Assembly (NCBI GenBank): GCA_951406725.2
Contig: OX597820.1
Span: 36,084,001-36,148,000, forward strand
Reading direction: 5' to 3'
Length of the DNA stretch: 64,000 nucleotides
DNA from: Octopus vulgaris
Lineage: Eukaryota
A model generated the notes under the pieces. The model made no database searches and had not been told where the DNA came from. It saw nothing but the letters and a program-made list of their open reading frames with translations. Positions within the stretch are counted from its first letter, which is position 1, and every line of letters starts with the position of its first letter. Shown piece by piece: positions 1-13,916 of this stretch. The translations under genes and the position numbers were made by a program.

Positions 1-40
1 AAAGATATAAGATAACCTGTACATCACCTCCAAACCTTCT

Positions 41-78
<38 letters not shown>

Positions 79-79
79 A

Positions 80-229
80 TAGGCTTCTTTCAGGTTCCAT
101 CTACCAAATCTACTCACAAGACTGGTTGGCCCAAGGCTATAGTAGAAGACACCCAAGGTGCCATGCAGTGGGACTGAACCAGGAACCATGTGGTTGGTAA
201 GTAAGCTACTTACCACACAGCCACACTTG
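80..229 (-). mobile_element. tRNA-derived SINE fragment (5' head) of the dominant SINE family in this window
   Basis: Minus strand reads GTGGCTGTGTGGTAAGTAGC...GGTTCAGTCCCAC (A-box/B-box-like). The same sequence recurs near 12500, 31730, 46130 and 49240. Confidence 0.8.
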
Positions 230-234
230 TGCTG

Positions 235-235
<1 letters not shown>

Positions 236-306
<71 letters not shown>
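236..306. repeat. (TA)n microsatellite
   Basis: Pure TA run. Confidence 0.95.
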
Positions 307-308
<2 letters not shown>

Positions 309-610
309 GTGTGTGTGTGTATACATATTATTTAAATTTATTTTTCTGTTTTACTGTAGATTTCACTGTAACTTTATTCCTATATAAATAAATTACGTTA
401 TAAAAGTGATTGTTTTAAAAAAAAGTGTTTTATTTCTGTAAAATTTATCTTTTGTGTATTTCTTTATGATTACATAAATTAATATTTTCAAAGAAATACC
501 AAAGAAATTATAAATAAGTTTTTGAACATGGGGAAATTTTTTTAAATATTTTTCATATAGTTTCTTGTGAGTCACTAAAGCCATCCCAAGAGAATATTTT
601 ACTCCAGATA

Positions 611-1960
611 TCACTTGTGTACATGCTTATGGTTAGTTAAATTACCCTTATAAGAAAAGATTTTACCACATATATCACAGTCATATGATGTCTTACGTGT
701 GTGTGTACGCTTGTGAGAAGCTAAGTTACCACTCCGAGAGAACGTTTTGCCGCAGATGTGACAACAGTATGGTTTGTCACCAGTGTGAACACGTCTGTGA
801 GAAGACAGACTACAACTTACAGCAAACACTTTACCACAGATATCACAGTGATATGGCTTATAACCAGTATGTCTACGTTTGTGACAAGCTAATATACCCC
901 TTGTAGAGAAATGTTTACTGCAAATATCACATTGAAATGGTTTCTCACCAGTGTGAACGCGTTTATGACTAGTCAAATCACAACTGGCAGAAAAAGATTT
1001 ACCACAAATATCACATTGATAAGGTTTAAGTTTTGAATGTGTCTTTTTATGACTCTCTAAGTTACTGCTGTTACTAAATCTTTTATCACAGAATTCACAG
1101 TAGTATGGTTTCTCACCTGTGTGTAAACGTTTGTGGAAAGATAAACTAGCTTTGTATGGGAATGATTTACCACAGATGTTACAGTGATATGGTTTTTCAC
1201 CTGTGTGAATCCGTTTGTGAGTAGACAAACTGCCTTTATATGAGAACATATTACCACAGATATCACAGTGATATGGTTTCTCACCAGTGTGAACACGTTT
1301 GTGACAAGATAGGGCAGAATTTGCAGGAAACGTCTTACCACAGATATCACAGTGGTAAGGCTTATGTCCCGTGTGTATACGTTTATGACGAGTTAACAAC
1401 CCACTTTGAGAGAAATGCTTACCACAAACATCACAGTGGTATGGTTTCTCACCAGTATGAATACGTTTGTGACTGGAGAGATAACAATTTGCGGAAAATG
1501 CTTTGCCACAGATATCACATTCAAAGGGTTTGATTCCTGAATGTTTTTGCTTATGATTATATAAATTACCATACTGAGCAAATGTTTTACCACAGATATC
1601 ACAGTGGAAAGGTTGTTCTCCAGTGTGAATACGTTTGTGAGAAAATAATGAACTTCTGATGGTGAAGGTTTTGCCACAGATGTCACAATGATAGGGTTTA
1701 AGTCCTGAATGTTTCATTTTATGTCTGTATAAATTACTATTCTTAGAGAATGTCTTGCCACAGATATCACAGTTGTATGGTTTCTCACCTGTGTGAGTAC
1801 GTTTATGATCAGTAAGGTGATTATTCTGTTGGAAGGTTTTCCCACAGATGTCACAGTGGTGTGGCCTCTTCTTAACACTTTTCTGTGTCTGAAGAGATAA
1901 ATCAAATCTTCCACATTCCTTTTCACCATTAATCTGACTCTTACACAGTTTCTCCTCCAT
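611..1960 (-). CDS. C2H2 zinc-finger protein, 15 tandem fingers, about 449 aa, uninterrupted coding block
   Basis: Open frame from ATG at 1960 (MEEKLCKSQ...) to TGA at 611. 15 C-x2-C-x12-H-x3-H fingers with TGEKPY-type linkers and a short N-terminus with no recognisable effector domain. The ORF-track start at 2020 is a GTG, not an ATG. Confidence 0.93.
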   Translation of the reverse strand: MEEKLCKSQINGEKECGRFDLSLQTQKSVKKRPHHCDICGKTFQQNNHLTDHKRTHTGEKPYNCDICGKTFSKNSNLYRHKMKHSGLKPYHCDICGKTFTIRSSLFSHKRIHTGEQPFHCDICGKTFAQYGNLYNHKQKHSGIKPFECDICGKAFSANCYLSSHKRIHTGEKPYHCDVCGKHFSQSGLLTRHKRIHTGHKPYHCDICGKTFPANSALSCHKRVHTGEKPYHCDICGNMFSYKGSLSTHKRIHTGEKPYHCNICGKSFPYKASLSFHKRLHTGEKPYYCEFCDKRFSNSSNLESHKKTHSKLKPYQCDICGKSFSASCDLTSHKRVHTGEKPFQCDICSKHFSTRGILACHKRRHTGYKPYHCDICGKVFAVSCSLSSHRRVHTGDKPYCCHICGKTFSRSGNLASHKRTHTRKTSYDCDICGKIFSYKGNLTNHKHVHK

Positions 1961-3429
1961 AATAACAGATATTATTAAGAAAGAAAAACAAACTTTTTCA
2001 GTCCTGAAGAAATATTTCACAGTAATTTAACCAAGGCTATGGAAACAGGGTGCATATACCTATATTTGGTAACATTGTTCTTTAGTCTTGAAGATGGCAT
2101 AAATTTGTTGCTACAACTTGGGTGAGAAATTCCCATCACAATGCACCAGATACTCTGAAATAAAGACAGGACAAGATATAAGCACAATAAAATATCAACA
2201 CAAAGATTACTAAAGAGATTTTGCTAAAGACAGAACTGTTAGAAAGAGGCAGAAAATATAGGTTTACTATTCCAACAAGTGAGAACAAAATATAGATGTT
2301 GCTTTCAATCAAAATATATGATAGAGTCATGGATGATCAAGTTAACTGGGCTACCGGGCAACCATCTGAGGAATTAATTACATTGTCACCACTGCTTTAC
2401 CACATCTATAGACAAGATACTAAACTCTAGATCAGTTCACCTAGTTATAAGAATATTCAACAGGCTGGAACAGGTCACAATAATAAACAGGTGTAGCACT
2501 GAAAAACTGAGGAAGGTTTTGGAGATACTTTTAATTGTCTATCATCTCTAATCTAGTGTCAACATAAAAATATATTACATAAGAGTGCTGTTGCTTACGC
2601 TTATCAAATTTGAATATTCAGAAGTAAGTAATGTAACCATATGAAATGTTATAGCAACCTAGTCTTTCAATTTTTACCTTTACAAAACAAAGTCAATATT
2701 TCTGAGTAGAAATCAAATAACATCGACAGCAAACCCACCTCAGGTCCACATAAGCTGGGTGAGCAGCTAATTCATTTACAAATACTATTTTAACAAATCC
2801 TGAAAAACAAAACACAAACCAGCTTTCTATACAAAGAATCTCATGACCTGAATCTAACACATATCTACAAAGTTATTTCAATGCTTGACTTCTACTAAAC
2901 AATAACACAACCCCCGCTTCAAACCAAACAAAATCTTCCATCAATAACTTTCTATCAACCTACATCTTACAAACATACTTTCCTCCTATCCTCTTCTATC
3001 CCACTTCCTAAACATTTTCATCCCAGACCTACATACACGAAGCCTAATTCTCATTTCACATAGCTCCACTTACCTTAGAAAAACAACTTACTCAAGAGTA
3101 ACACAAGCATAGTGCAGTTAGATAAAAGCTAATAGGCCATAATTTCGAAGTCACTGTCAGCCCTCTTCTCATAAAAGCTAAATAAGCATCTACTTTACTA
3201 AAAAGTATTGAGTAATTCTTCAATTTAATCCTATATTGATTTTATAACTTGACATAAAACCAAACATTAATGTGTATGTGTGTTGTAAACATATTTGGAA
3301 ATATATACGTACAAAAACACATTCTTTTTTACAATGCTAGTGGAATAACTTGAAAAGATTATCCTATTCAACAATAAAAGAGAAAAGTCTTTAATAATGC
3401 CATTTAAGTGATTTTTAAGGCATTTACAT

Positions 3430-3800
3430 GCTACATGAACCCTAAATGCAAAGGACATGAAATAGAGAGGAATGAAGCTGGTATGCTTTGCTGGCTGTAC
3501 AATGTTAGTGTACATGTGCAACAGAGTGCCAGTGTATTGAGAGAAAAGTTAAGCATAAGAGGAATTAGATGCAGTGTAAAAGAGAGAAAACTGTGCTGGT
3601 TTGGTCATGTGATGCATATGGATGTGGACAGTTGCACACAGAAGTGCTGATCACTTCAAGTGGATGGAACTTGTGGAAGGAGAAACCGAGGAAGACATGG
3701 GATGAAGCATTGAAGGCCAATCCCAAGATGCTAAATGTTACAAATAAGATGACAAAGAACTGGGATGTCTGGCAGTTTGCCATACTTAAGAACTGTCCAT
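3430..3800 (+). mobile_element. RTE-clade LINE 3' remnant
   Basis: Translations ERNEAGMLCW...LREKL...KLCWFGHVMHMD and PRKTWDE match the RTE C-terminal R-L-x-W-F-G-H-V and GRPRKTW motifs. Frameshifted; boundaries approximate. Confidence 0.75.
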
Positions 3801-5612
3801 CATGGAATTAATATCCTAAAACCACCTTATCCACGAGAGGGTTCTACTTTATTCTTACCTCGATCTTCTTTGTTCCATCAACCTTTTCCATCTACATTTC
3901 ATACTCTAATAATACCCTCACATATCTACAACTCCATCACCCATACCTAACCTCATTCCTGCCCACTCATCCTGTCCAAACTCCTGTATCACCTCACCTA
4001 CTCTCATTACCCCCCAATGTCCCTAAAGGGCATGTCCCGACACTTCTTTGTCATCATCTTTCTCACTATCGTTCCTTTTATCCTACTAACTCACTCTCCT
4101 TTCTTTTCCAACTGGGGTACCCATGTACCTACTCTACAACAAGACACCTAACTCTGTCCTGCTATACCTTTAATTTCTCAACTGGCACAAAGTCACACTT
4201 TTTCAATACTATTACCCACCTGTTAGCTATTTTTTTTTCTTTTTTTTTCTCTTGCAAGATACTTGGTGTCTCTGTCAGTGCTGGTGCCATGTAAAAAGCA
4301 TCCGGTACACTCTGTAAAGCGGTTGGCATTAGGAAAGGCATATAGCTGTAGAAACCATGCCAAAATAGACAATGAAATTTAGTGCAGCTCTCAGCCTTGC
4401 CAACTCCTGTCAAACCATACAACCTGTGCTGGCATGGAAAACAGAAGTTAAATGATGATGATTATCATCATCATCATCATGATTACCCCCAGGGTCAGGG
4501 GTAACTTTCTGTGCTACTTTTGATCTAAATCTTATAGAGATTATTACTGCTCATACTTCAGGAACACCATGATGTTAGCCCTGTAAAATCATTGATATTT
4601 CTGTAAGCCTAGAAAAATGCATAATTATTATTGTGGTTACTGAAAAAAACTGAAAATTTCGGGTTTAACACCCATATTTTTAATTCTTCTAGTTCAGTTC
4701 ACTCTACAATTCCTTACGAAGACAATGTTTACTATATCAAGCTGCTTTCATTGTTTACTCCAAATCCTTACCATTTTCTAGGTTTGCGGTGAACCAATAC
4801 CAATTACTATGCGTCTTCGCATGTGCTACGAAATTTAGCTTAAATTTAATGTTATGGCAGTGCCATATTTAGTTTTCAGCTATGGGTTTGAACTCAGTAG
4901 AAAATTTATCATTAATAAATAATGATATAGGAATACCGTATTTCAATTTGTTTTCTTTCTCATTCGCTCTAATGTTTATATTTTGGTCATGAGAATTGCC
5001 ATACAAGATGTGATATTTCGTATTACCACGATCGGCCACCTGGGTAGTGCACTGCTGCTATGGTTTGTTTGTCATCCTTTTATTGCAAATAACTGAGATG
5101 TGGATGAAAGTTCGTTCATAATACCATTCCTCTTCTTTTTCTTTTTGGAATATTATATATTCAGATAATGTATAAATATTTCTTAAGAGGTAATACCAAT
5201 TAAATAATGTGAAAATACATCAGATGTGGTTTATGTGTACTGACTGATATGTTGGCTCGTTTTCAGTATTTTATAAATGAGAATTATTGTGCTTGACGAA
5301 CTTAAGCATTTAAAAACCGAAAAAAAAATATATACTAAACGTTTTCTAATACGCCGGCAAACCCAGCAGTTAGTTTGGTGGTCACGGAAACATTTTAATT
5401 TTTATTGGGCGGGTTATCTTTCATTATTTATTTATTTATTTATTGGTGTAATTAACACTTATATATTTTGAAACTGATCTTGTTCGTTTTTGTGTTATTC
5501 TACATTAAGATGAGAGGGTGTGATTATAGGGGAATTTGGCATCGATTTTGACAAGTCAAGCGAGCTCTTCGTGAAGTAAAAATAATGGAAATTATCCAAT
5601 TAGTATTTTTTA

Positions 5613-7071
5613 TGACGTCAAATATAAGACTAATTAACAACACAGAAGAGAATATTCTTAATTCAACCAAAAATATCTCCTATGACAAACAAGTTGGCTG
5701 CGGCACGGCGTCAAGAATTCAAAAAGAAATGCCTGTCTAGTACAGACAGACAACGCCTGTAATAGTGATACATCAAATACAAAGATCGCTTCCTTTATGC
5801 TATTTAACTATTTCTATTAGTGTATTAAAAATATTAGTTTTCATTTATTCAGTAAAACAAATAATTTAAAACACGCAACGCTTTTACTTTATCTAGAAGC
5901 TTATAGTTTTACAAACGTATTCATTTTTATGCAGAGTGAAAGAAAAGAAGGGACTTCGAACTCCAAACCATTGTCGGTTTCTTGCGATATACATACAGAT
6001 AGGACTTTGAATGAATTATTCCTTACTGTAGTGTTGCGTGATTTTCTAAAATAAACATTTTAATTTAAAAGGGAAAAAAAACTTTTCCTACGATACGACA
6101 GTAGCAAAACTACTTAATTTTCTGACGTCAGGATAATTCAGATAGATTTTGTTTGTTTATAGCCGGACATAACAATAATAGACAGAGGGAAGAAATTTTA
6201 AATGACATTTTTGTGGAGATCCGGCCTGGGTAATTACCATAAACTGAAGTACTTGTTTCCTGGTAGAAAGTAAAATATCATTTGGTATAATAACAATGAA
6301 TGCACTTACTTACACCTAGTGGATTTAGATTAAAAACCATCTATTGCTCTCTGTTAACTGTAGATTGTTCTAAATAGAAGTAAACTGCCTTCCTTTTATC
6401 TTATTTGGTGGCCAGTTTTTTTGTTTGCTTTTATATTGTCCACATCTAGAAAATAGATAGACATGTACCTAACGGACACAGTCCATTGTTGTCAGGCGTA
6501 GCTATTAGAATTATCTCCCTTTTCTCATGTTTCAGGCTATCAAACTCAGCCAAGCTACCCGGGGTCGTGTCATCCAGATACCAGATATGGAAGAGTGAGC
6601 AGAATGATCATGCAACATCATCTACAGCCAATGCAAAAGAGAGCTGACCAAAAAGATCACTCTGCTGGACAAATTGTAGAAGCTATCATGTTGTCAGCAG
6701 CCATGAGTGTGTTTAATTTACAGTTGTTTCCTCGAAAATTGATCTCATGGGCATTATTATATTATTATTGCATAACAGGCAAACGTTTGTATATGTAGTG
6801 TCCTAGACACAAAATCGAAGGTTGATTCTTTGGAAACATGTATAAAAGTAATTTTCAAGGAAATAGAAAGACTTGCTCACTCCCTTCTCCTTGGTTATAA
6901 CTATAGAAACTGTAGATTTTTGCGAATTTTCTGACATTTATTTGATATAACAAACAATCTCTAAATTACCACCTATCTGATAGCCTAAACCCATGGATGA
7001 GCTTTATAGGATAAACTTCAGAGCTAATACACCAATGAAAGTACGTGTGTGTGTGTGTAACAGTGACGTCA
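5613..7071. promoter_or_regulatory. Three perfect CRE palindromes TGACGTCA (5613, 6123, 7064)
   Basis: Exact 8-mers seen 3.6-5.1 kb upstream of the ZNF start codon. Function is inferred. Confidence 0.4.
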
Positions 7072-7216
7072 CAGCTGAATAATTATAACCATTTAAGGAA
7101 AACAAAAACTATTACATTCACTTTCATATGTCTACTATGAAGTGTCAACAGTTTTGATTACACTTCCACTATCTGATCACAAACACAGTTTCGTGTGGAA
7201 ACTTCCAAGACACAAG

Positions 7217-7319
<103 letters not shown>

Positions 7320-7559
7320 TTGTGAACAGATACGACTCTTAAGTCAAAACATGCACAAGGCCAGAAATTTGGCAGAAGTTAGTAAATTAGATCAACCCCT
7401 GTACTTGACTAGTACTTTATCAACCTCAGAGGTGTGAAAGGTAATTTTGAAAGGTGACTTTGGAAAAACTCAAAATATAAAAGCCAAAACAAATATCACA
7501 AGGTACCTTTTCCATCTGATCTCCAGGTCCCACATATACAAGCTCCATTCTTTTTTTAT

Positions 7560-8490
7560 TTTTTTTATTTTTTTGCTGATGCTGTAATTAATGTAAGACC
7601 GAGGATGGTGGACACAAAAGGGATGACATGACAGTAGAGAGTTATGTATGGAGCTCAAAGGAGCATGGCCACTGTAGTAGTGGTTGTAAAACCGAAGAGC
7701 TGACCTAGCTTATCTGTGGGCCAAAAGGTGAAATATGTTGGTGAGTGACTTCATGTCAACCAGATAAATAGCCTTTCTTTGGATGCAATCTTATATGGCA
7801 GCCATAGCACTGTCCAAAATGTGGGAGCATTATTACATTAAGGTCTCACCAGAGAATTAATTATAAAAAGTTCCTCTGAAGAAGTAGGCCAGTGGCTATG
7901 CTGAAGATATGTGTTGTTCAGTGATAGTTGTGCTTGGTATTTGTAATGTCCTTAGATTAATTAGTTGCGTGTTGGTCAAGTTTAGAAGGCTGGTATATAT
8001 TTTCATAAAGTGTGTATTGAGTGTTCCTTTGTGCTGTTGAAAGAGGCAAGATTAAAACAAAGATTCTACTGGAGGAAGTTTTGAAGGTCTAAGATCATGG
8101 AGGGAGTGCAGGTTTTGCATGAAATATCTTAAGTTACATGTGGATGATGCTTGGGAGCAGAATGGTAAAGGGGAATGAAAGTTGGTATCATACATTTAAG
8201 AGTGAGCCAGTAATACCAAGTAGATATTTGATGTATAGGAAGACGAGTGGAAAGGCTACAAAAGCAAACACTGTTGCACAACAGAGTTGATAGGCTGTGG
8301 GTCAGCACAGGAGACCAATAGACAAAAGATGGATGGAGCCCATAGACTACCACTTTCACATGGTCAAATATTTTATTAGTTTTGATGCATTTTTTGTTTT
8401 GCTTCTTTCTTTTCTCCAAGACATATTTGTCAATACCTTTAAAGGTGGCATGAGCCAAACTAACTTCATGCAGTAGAGATCTAGATAGTA
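7560..8490 (-). mobile_element. Highly decayed CR1/L2-like LINE 3' remnant
   Basis: Minus strand near 7810-7850 (GTGAGACC...TGCTCCCACATTTTGGACAGT) resembles the VRP-x-MEYCSHIWD motif of CR1/L2 RT C-termini. Boundaries approximate. Confidence 0.4.
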
Positions 8491-10189
8491 GCATTAAAAA
8501 TGTTAGAGACAGAAAACAATACTGTAACTAGCAACATCTAAGAAAGCAGAATCTAAAGTAAAAAATGTAAAATTCTAAAATGCATCTCAAATTTATTAAT
8601 TTACTTCATTTTAATTTAAAAGTAATTTGCTTCACAATAAATGTAACTAATTTTATAATTATGTAAATAAGATACATAATTAATTGATTCATTTAAAGAA
8701 GTTTATATGAAATTAATTTAAAAGTAATGTTTAGCCAAATCATCAAAATTTTCTTAATTATGTAATTATAGAGATAATGATGTTTGTTAATAAAACAGCT
8801 GATGAGCACTATTAAATTATGAACTATTTGTGAAATTTCTGCTTTTCATTTCCCTCTCTATGTGTGTGTGTGTTTGTGAGTGTGTGTGTGTTTGTGTGTG
8901 TGAGTGTGTGTGTGTGTATTATTTCATAAACATAATATATGTTTTTATGTGCTATTTTTAGTTTCATGTGATGAGAGCATGCCAGACATTATTTTTTAAC
9001 ATTCTGGTGTCTCAGTGCAATCTTCAGGCACTGCTCACATGGCATAAACTAAAAATGAGATGGTAGGACGAGAGAAAAAGCCAGAAAGAAGTAAATATAA
9101 AAGATGGAAGCTTGAAAGACTGGAAAACCAAAAAGAAAACAGAAGGAAGCAAAAGGTGGGGGATTAGGGTTATTTCCCCCTTGACCGTAAAATATAAAGC
9201 GGAAAAGCTAGTGGCTTAGAATCTGTGTTCAATCCAGATTCTAGGAAGTGGGTAAGTCGATTAGATCGACAACAGTAAATCTGAACACAGAACATAAAAA
9301 CAGACGAAATGCTTCTAATCATTTTGCCCAGCAAACGATTCTGCCAGTCCTCCGCTTTATATAATATATTCATATTACATATGTAACACATATATAACTC
9401 AAAAGCACCCTGCAGAATGTGACAGTCAATAAAATAGAAATAAAATTAAAAATCTATTCTGTGTGCCCCTGTACCAAATGAATCACGGCCTGGTACTGGT
9501 CTGCGTGCAAGGTGGTTAACGATCCTTGGCATTGAGAAAAAAGCTAAAGGATGAAGAGAACAGATGCCTTGTTCTGTTTGAGTCTTCAACCCAGTGGAGT
9601 AGCATTTTATATATGTGTGTTCATTGTAATCGAAAATATTAAAGTTTAAGGACGAGGACAGGCAAAGACTAACAATTCGCTATTGCTTCAATGCTTTAAC
9701 GTGATAAACAATATTAAAGACGATGTTTACATATTTAATACATGAAACATTAAAAAGCTAACCGGGGAAAACTGTGATGAATGAAAAAGAATGATGGACG
9801 ATAAAACCAGTTTCACTAGGAGGGATCCAACTTGGTACTTTGTGATGTACATAAGAATTACTAGACAATAAGTTGAAAAACCGATAAAATGATTTTCTGT
9901 GTTAACGGAACAAAATTAGAATACCGGACGTTGTTTTCGATACCAATCGAGGAAGGGAAAACGGAATTTTTCACTTTAGACGATTGCCTGAACGGTTGCA
10001 GATAAAGAAATATCAAAGAATAACTAATTTTAACTAACAATAAGAAGAGGGAAAAAGGGGTAAAACTCAATCAAAATATGGATTTCAAGGCTTGTAAGTT
10101 CATTTTAATACAGTTCCTTGCATGAGGATGAGCGTGTATTTATGTGTATTCTTTATTGTTGGTTAGTTCCTAGGCCGAGATTTCAGCAG

Positions 10190-10220
<31 letters not shown>

Positions 10221-10489
10221 CACACACATACATGCATACATACACACATACATACGTACAAGTCTGATATGTCTACTCGACTACATAGCAGTATAACTTC
10301 AAAATTCCTTTTAAAGGGTGTCTTTTTCTGACTCTTGGACAACTGACCGATATGCGTGTGTGTGTGTGTTACAATTTAGAACAAACAATGAAAGGTTGTC
10401 ATAGTTCTAAATTATAACATATAAACAATCCTCTACTTATCTCGAGGTCTCATTCTTTTGCTATTACTTTTTATTATATATATATATAT

Positions 10490-10751
10490 ATATATACATA
10501 TATATATAAGGCAGGATGTGTGTGCATGTGAATGTAGTTTATGCACATCCACAAATTAGCACGCATGTCGCTCAAATTTTAGGACATTCGTCACGACCCT
10601 AGCTGTATTTTCGTCAAAATATTTTCCCCCGAGGCACCCGCGAATAGCGGTAACTAATTTTGAGCCATAACTTCTAACAATTTTCACGACGGAGAAATCC
10701 ACCATTGTTTACAAACATGAGTTAAGTCCCCTGCTAGCGACGGTGTAAAGA

Positions 10752-10797
<46 letters not shown>

Positions 10798-11493
10798 AGA
10801 TTTTTAAAATTTCATCCTTCTAGTGAGTGATTGACAGACAGTGGTTGTTATGTATGTATATATGTGTGAATGGCTTCAGTCATACACACACGAGCATGTA
10901 TGCATACAAAACACATGCATGCAATGTGTGTGTTGCCCGTATATATATATATATACACACAATATAAACGATATTCTCCGTTTCTCCACAACAGATTTCC
11001 AAATTAGCTGAATCATTGCTCTACTCATAGCGATATATAGCTGGTCGTGCGTGAACATGGAAGGGAGCAGAGGTTACCAGAACAAAAGACCTATGTGTTG
11101 ACTGTAGACATGCTCCTTCGCAAACGATCAGCTATTATTTTGTAAACAATATTTCGAAACTGTTCATGATTTCGAAAGGAGAAATATGACTCTCATATCT
11201 TTGTGGGAGAAGGTAGGCCTCCCTATTCCACTTACAAAACTCACGACCGGGTGCCAAATTTGCATTTTGTAAACAATATTTCGAAACTGTTCATGTTTCG
11301 AAAGGAGAGATCTGACTCTCACATCTCTGCGGGAGAAGTTAGGCTTCTCTATTCCTGTTACAAAACTTACGTCCGGGTGCCAAATTTGCTTCAATTGATG
11401 GTATTACTCGGGTAGGAGGTGGTGGTGGGACAGTGGCAGGGGCAAAGGCGTGCAGGAACATGTATGCAATAGGTATATGTACGTATATGTTTT

Positions 11494-11524
<31 letters not shown>

Positions 11525-12268
11525 TGCGCATATATATATATACTTAGTTGTGATCTGAACATAGCCGCTTCTCACACAGAGGATCGGGGGCCCCTTTGGG
11601 TGTTCTATTTTCCTTGCTGGAAGGGTTCTCAACCCATGGGCAAAGTGGGATTACATGATAGCGGGGGGTCAAAAGGGTTGGCATATGCAACCTGATCACC
11701 TCTGCCACCGATCAAACTCCCAAACCATGCTCTCCCGTCGCGACACTGATTCTGCAGAACTGGCTTGGGAATGAAAACCAACTTTAAAGTATAAATATAG
11801 ATGTTTTTGAATCAGCAATGTTCGGTTAAGTCCTATTTGGGGTGAAAAATAAATAAACCGATTCCTTATGGGGTTTTCCATTTAATCAGGATTAAAAAAA
11901 TCGATAAACCGATTCCTTATAGGACTTCCCACTAAAATTGGCTACATTCCATTTTCAACCATAACGTCTACCAATTTTGGTGTATTTTGTTCAAACTTGC
12001 CAGCATTACTTAGGACTCATGGGATCTTTGAATGCTTTAAGTTCTCCAAAAATGAAACAAAAAAAAATAATAATCGATGAGTGGAAAAAATCGATAAACC
12101 GATTCCTTATGGGATTTCCCAATAAAATTGCAAAATTTCATCCAAAAGTTTACCAATTTCAACGGATTTCACTAAAATTTGACGTCGTTGTTACTTAGTT
12201 TCCTTAGTGAAATAAAGAGCTTGATTAGCTTAATAATCCTAACTAAAACCCGAGCAAAGCCGGGCTAT
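10490..12268 (+). mobile_element. Helitron-like non-autonomous remnant with internal tandem repeats
   Basis: 3' subterminal hairpin CCCGAGCAAAGCCGGG at about 12249-12264; the terminal CTAG is absent where a SINE begins. Internal ~127-bp tandem duplication (11138-11390) and three AAACCGATTCCTTAT units (11855-12115). The 5' boundary is uncertain. Confidence 0.45.
11017..11075 (-). pseudogene. Helitron/PIF1 helicase C-terminal fragment
   Basis: LLPSMFTHDQLYIAMSRA matches the FSHGQLYVAxSR motif of Helitron RepHel helicases. Confidence 0.65.
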
Positions 12269-12269
12269 A

Positions 12270-12795
<526 letters not shown>

Positions 12796-13080
12796 AATTG
12801 CAACGTGGAAGGTGTTTATAAGCCATTTAAGAAACACAAAAACCGTTAGATTCACTTCAACATTTAAATTTAATTTGGCAAAATATTTTCGTTGCTTTGA
12901 AACCGCGACCTGTTCAATTTTTTTGTTCGGAAAACGGTGTAAGTCGGATGCCTCGGAAATTTCAACCCCCACCCATATTGGGAAGTACAACAGCACGATT
13001 TTCACGATTTTCACGGATTTTTTGCGTGAAATCAAGTACCCTGACGTCCTAATACATACATACATACATACATATATACA

Positions 13081-13626
13081 TGGTGGCTGCCCCCTCGTTA
13101 TCGAGTATGGCCATTGCACGAAACTTAATCAATGTTGTTATCGTGCAATGCCTGTGCAAGAAGATTTTTTTAAGTGGGGAAAGGCTGTGCACTGAGTCAA
13201 TCCCACTCACTAAGCAACAGCAGCCATAATCCGAAAAGAAGAACAAGTCAACATCATCGGTAACCACTGAGCCGCAGGTTTTTATATCGGAGTTATCCCA
13301 GTTACTTGAGTTACCTTCTCCTAGAAGGATGCCCTAACAAAGGCTAGGAGTCCTTCACTCCCAATGGTTTAACTGTGCGATCGGGTATTCAGTCCGATTA
13401 TTTCTATCTCCCTGCGCATGATCCAGCCTTAAGACATTTATTGGATGGCCGTTGACTCTCAAGAGTTCCTCCGCCCTTTGACTGGTTTTGTTCTTCATCC
13501 CGCAGGGTGTCCAATAAACACCCTCCTCACCAAGCAAGCTTGGTGGGGTTGCCGGTTTAGTCGCCGACGACCCGACCATGCAACATGTCGTACTTGGTTA
13601 CCATTAGCACTCAAAAGTGACCTGAC
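13081..13626 (-). mobile_element. Short RTE-derived non-autonomous element inserted in (TACA)n
   Basis: GC-richer block bounded by CATA repeats on both sides. Minus strand contains CTAGGAGAAGGTAACTC, a motif typical of RTE 5' UTRs. No long ORF. Confidence 0.45.
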
Positions 13627-13916
13627 ATACATACATACATGTATGTAAACAATTGTATATACATACACATATACAGGGGAAGGCCCAAGGGAATTGGGGT
13701 CTTAGGGGCACAGTTCCCCCTCAAGAAAAGAATTGCGTCCTTCTAAATAATGTTATTACACCCTTTTCTCTTGGAATTGTTTTCTCTTCTGAACTTGGCT
13801 CTCCTTTCGAAAAATTCCTGGGACCGCGCAGGTGCGGACCCAGGAGTATACGTATATATATATATATATATAGTCTCTTGTTATTGAACACACACACATA
13901 TATATATATATATAAT

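Noticed and set aside
685-1929. Alternative-frame and antisense ORFs overlapping the ZNF
   Set aside because: Shadows of the 84-nt finger periodicity.
1961-2020. 20-aa N-terminal extension of the ZNF ORF
   Set aside because: Starts at GTG and spans a likely acceptor (TTCTTCAG at about 2004); the first ATG is at 1960.
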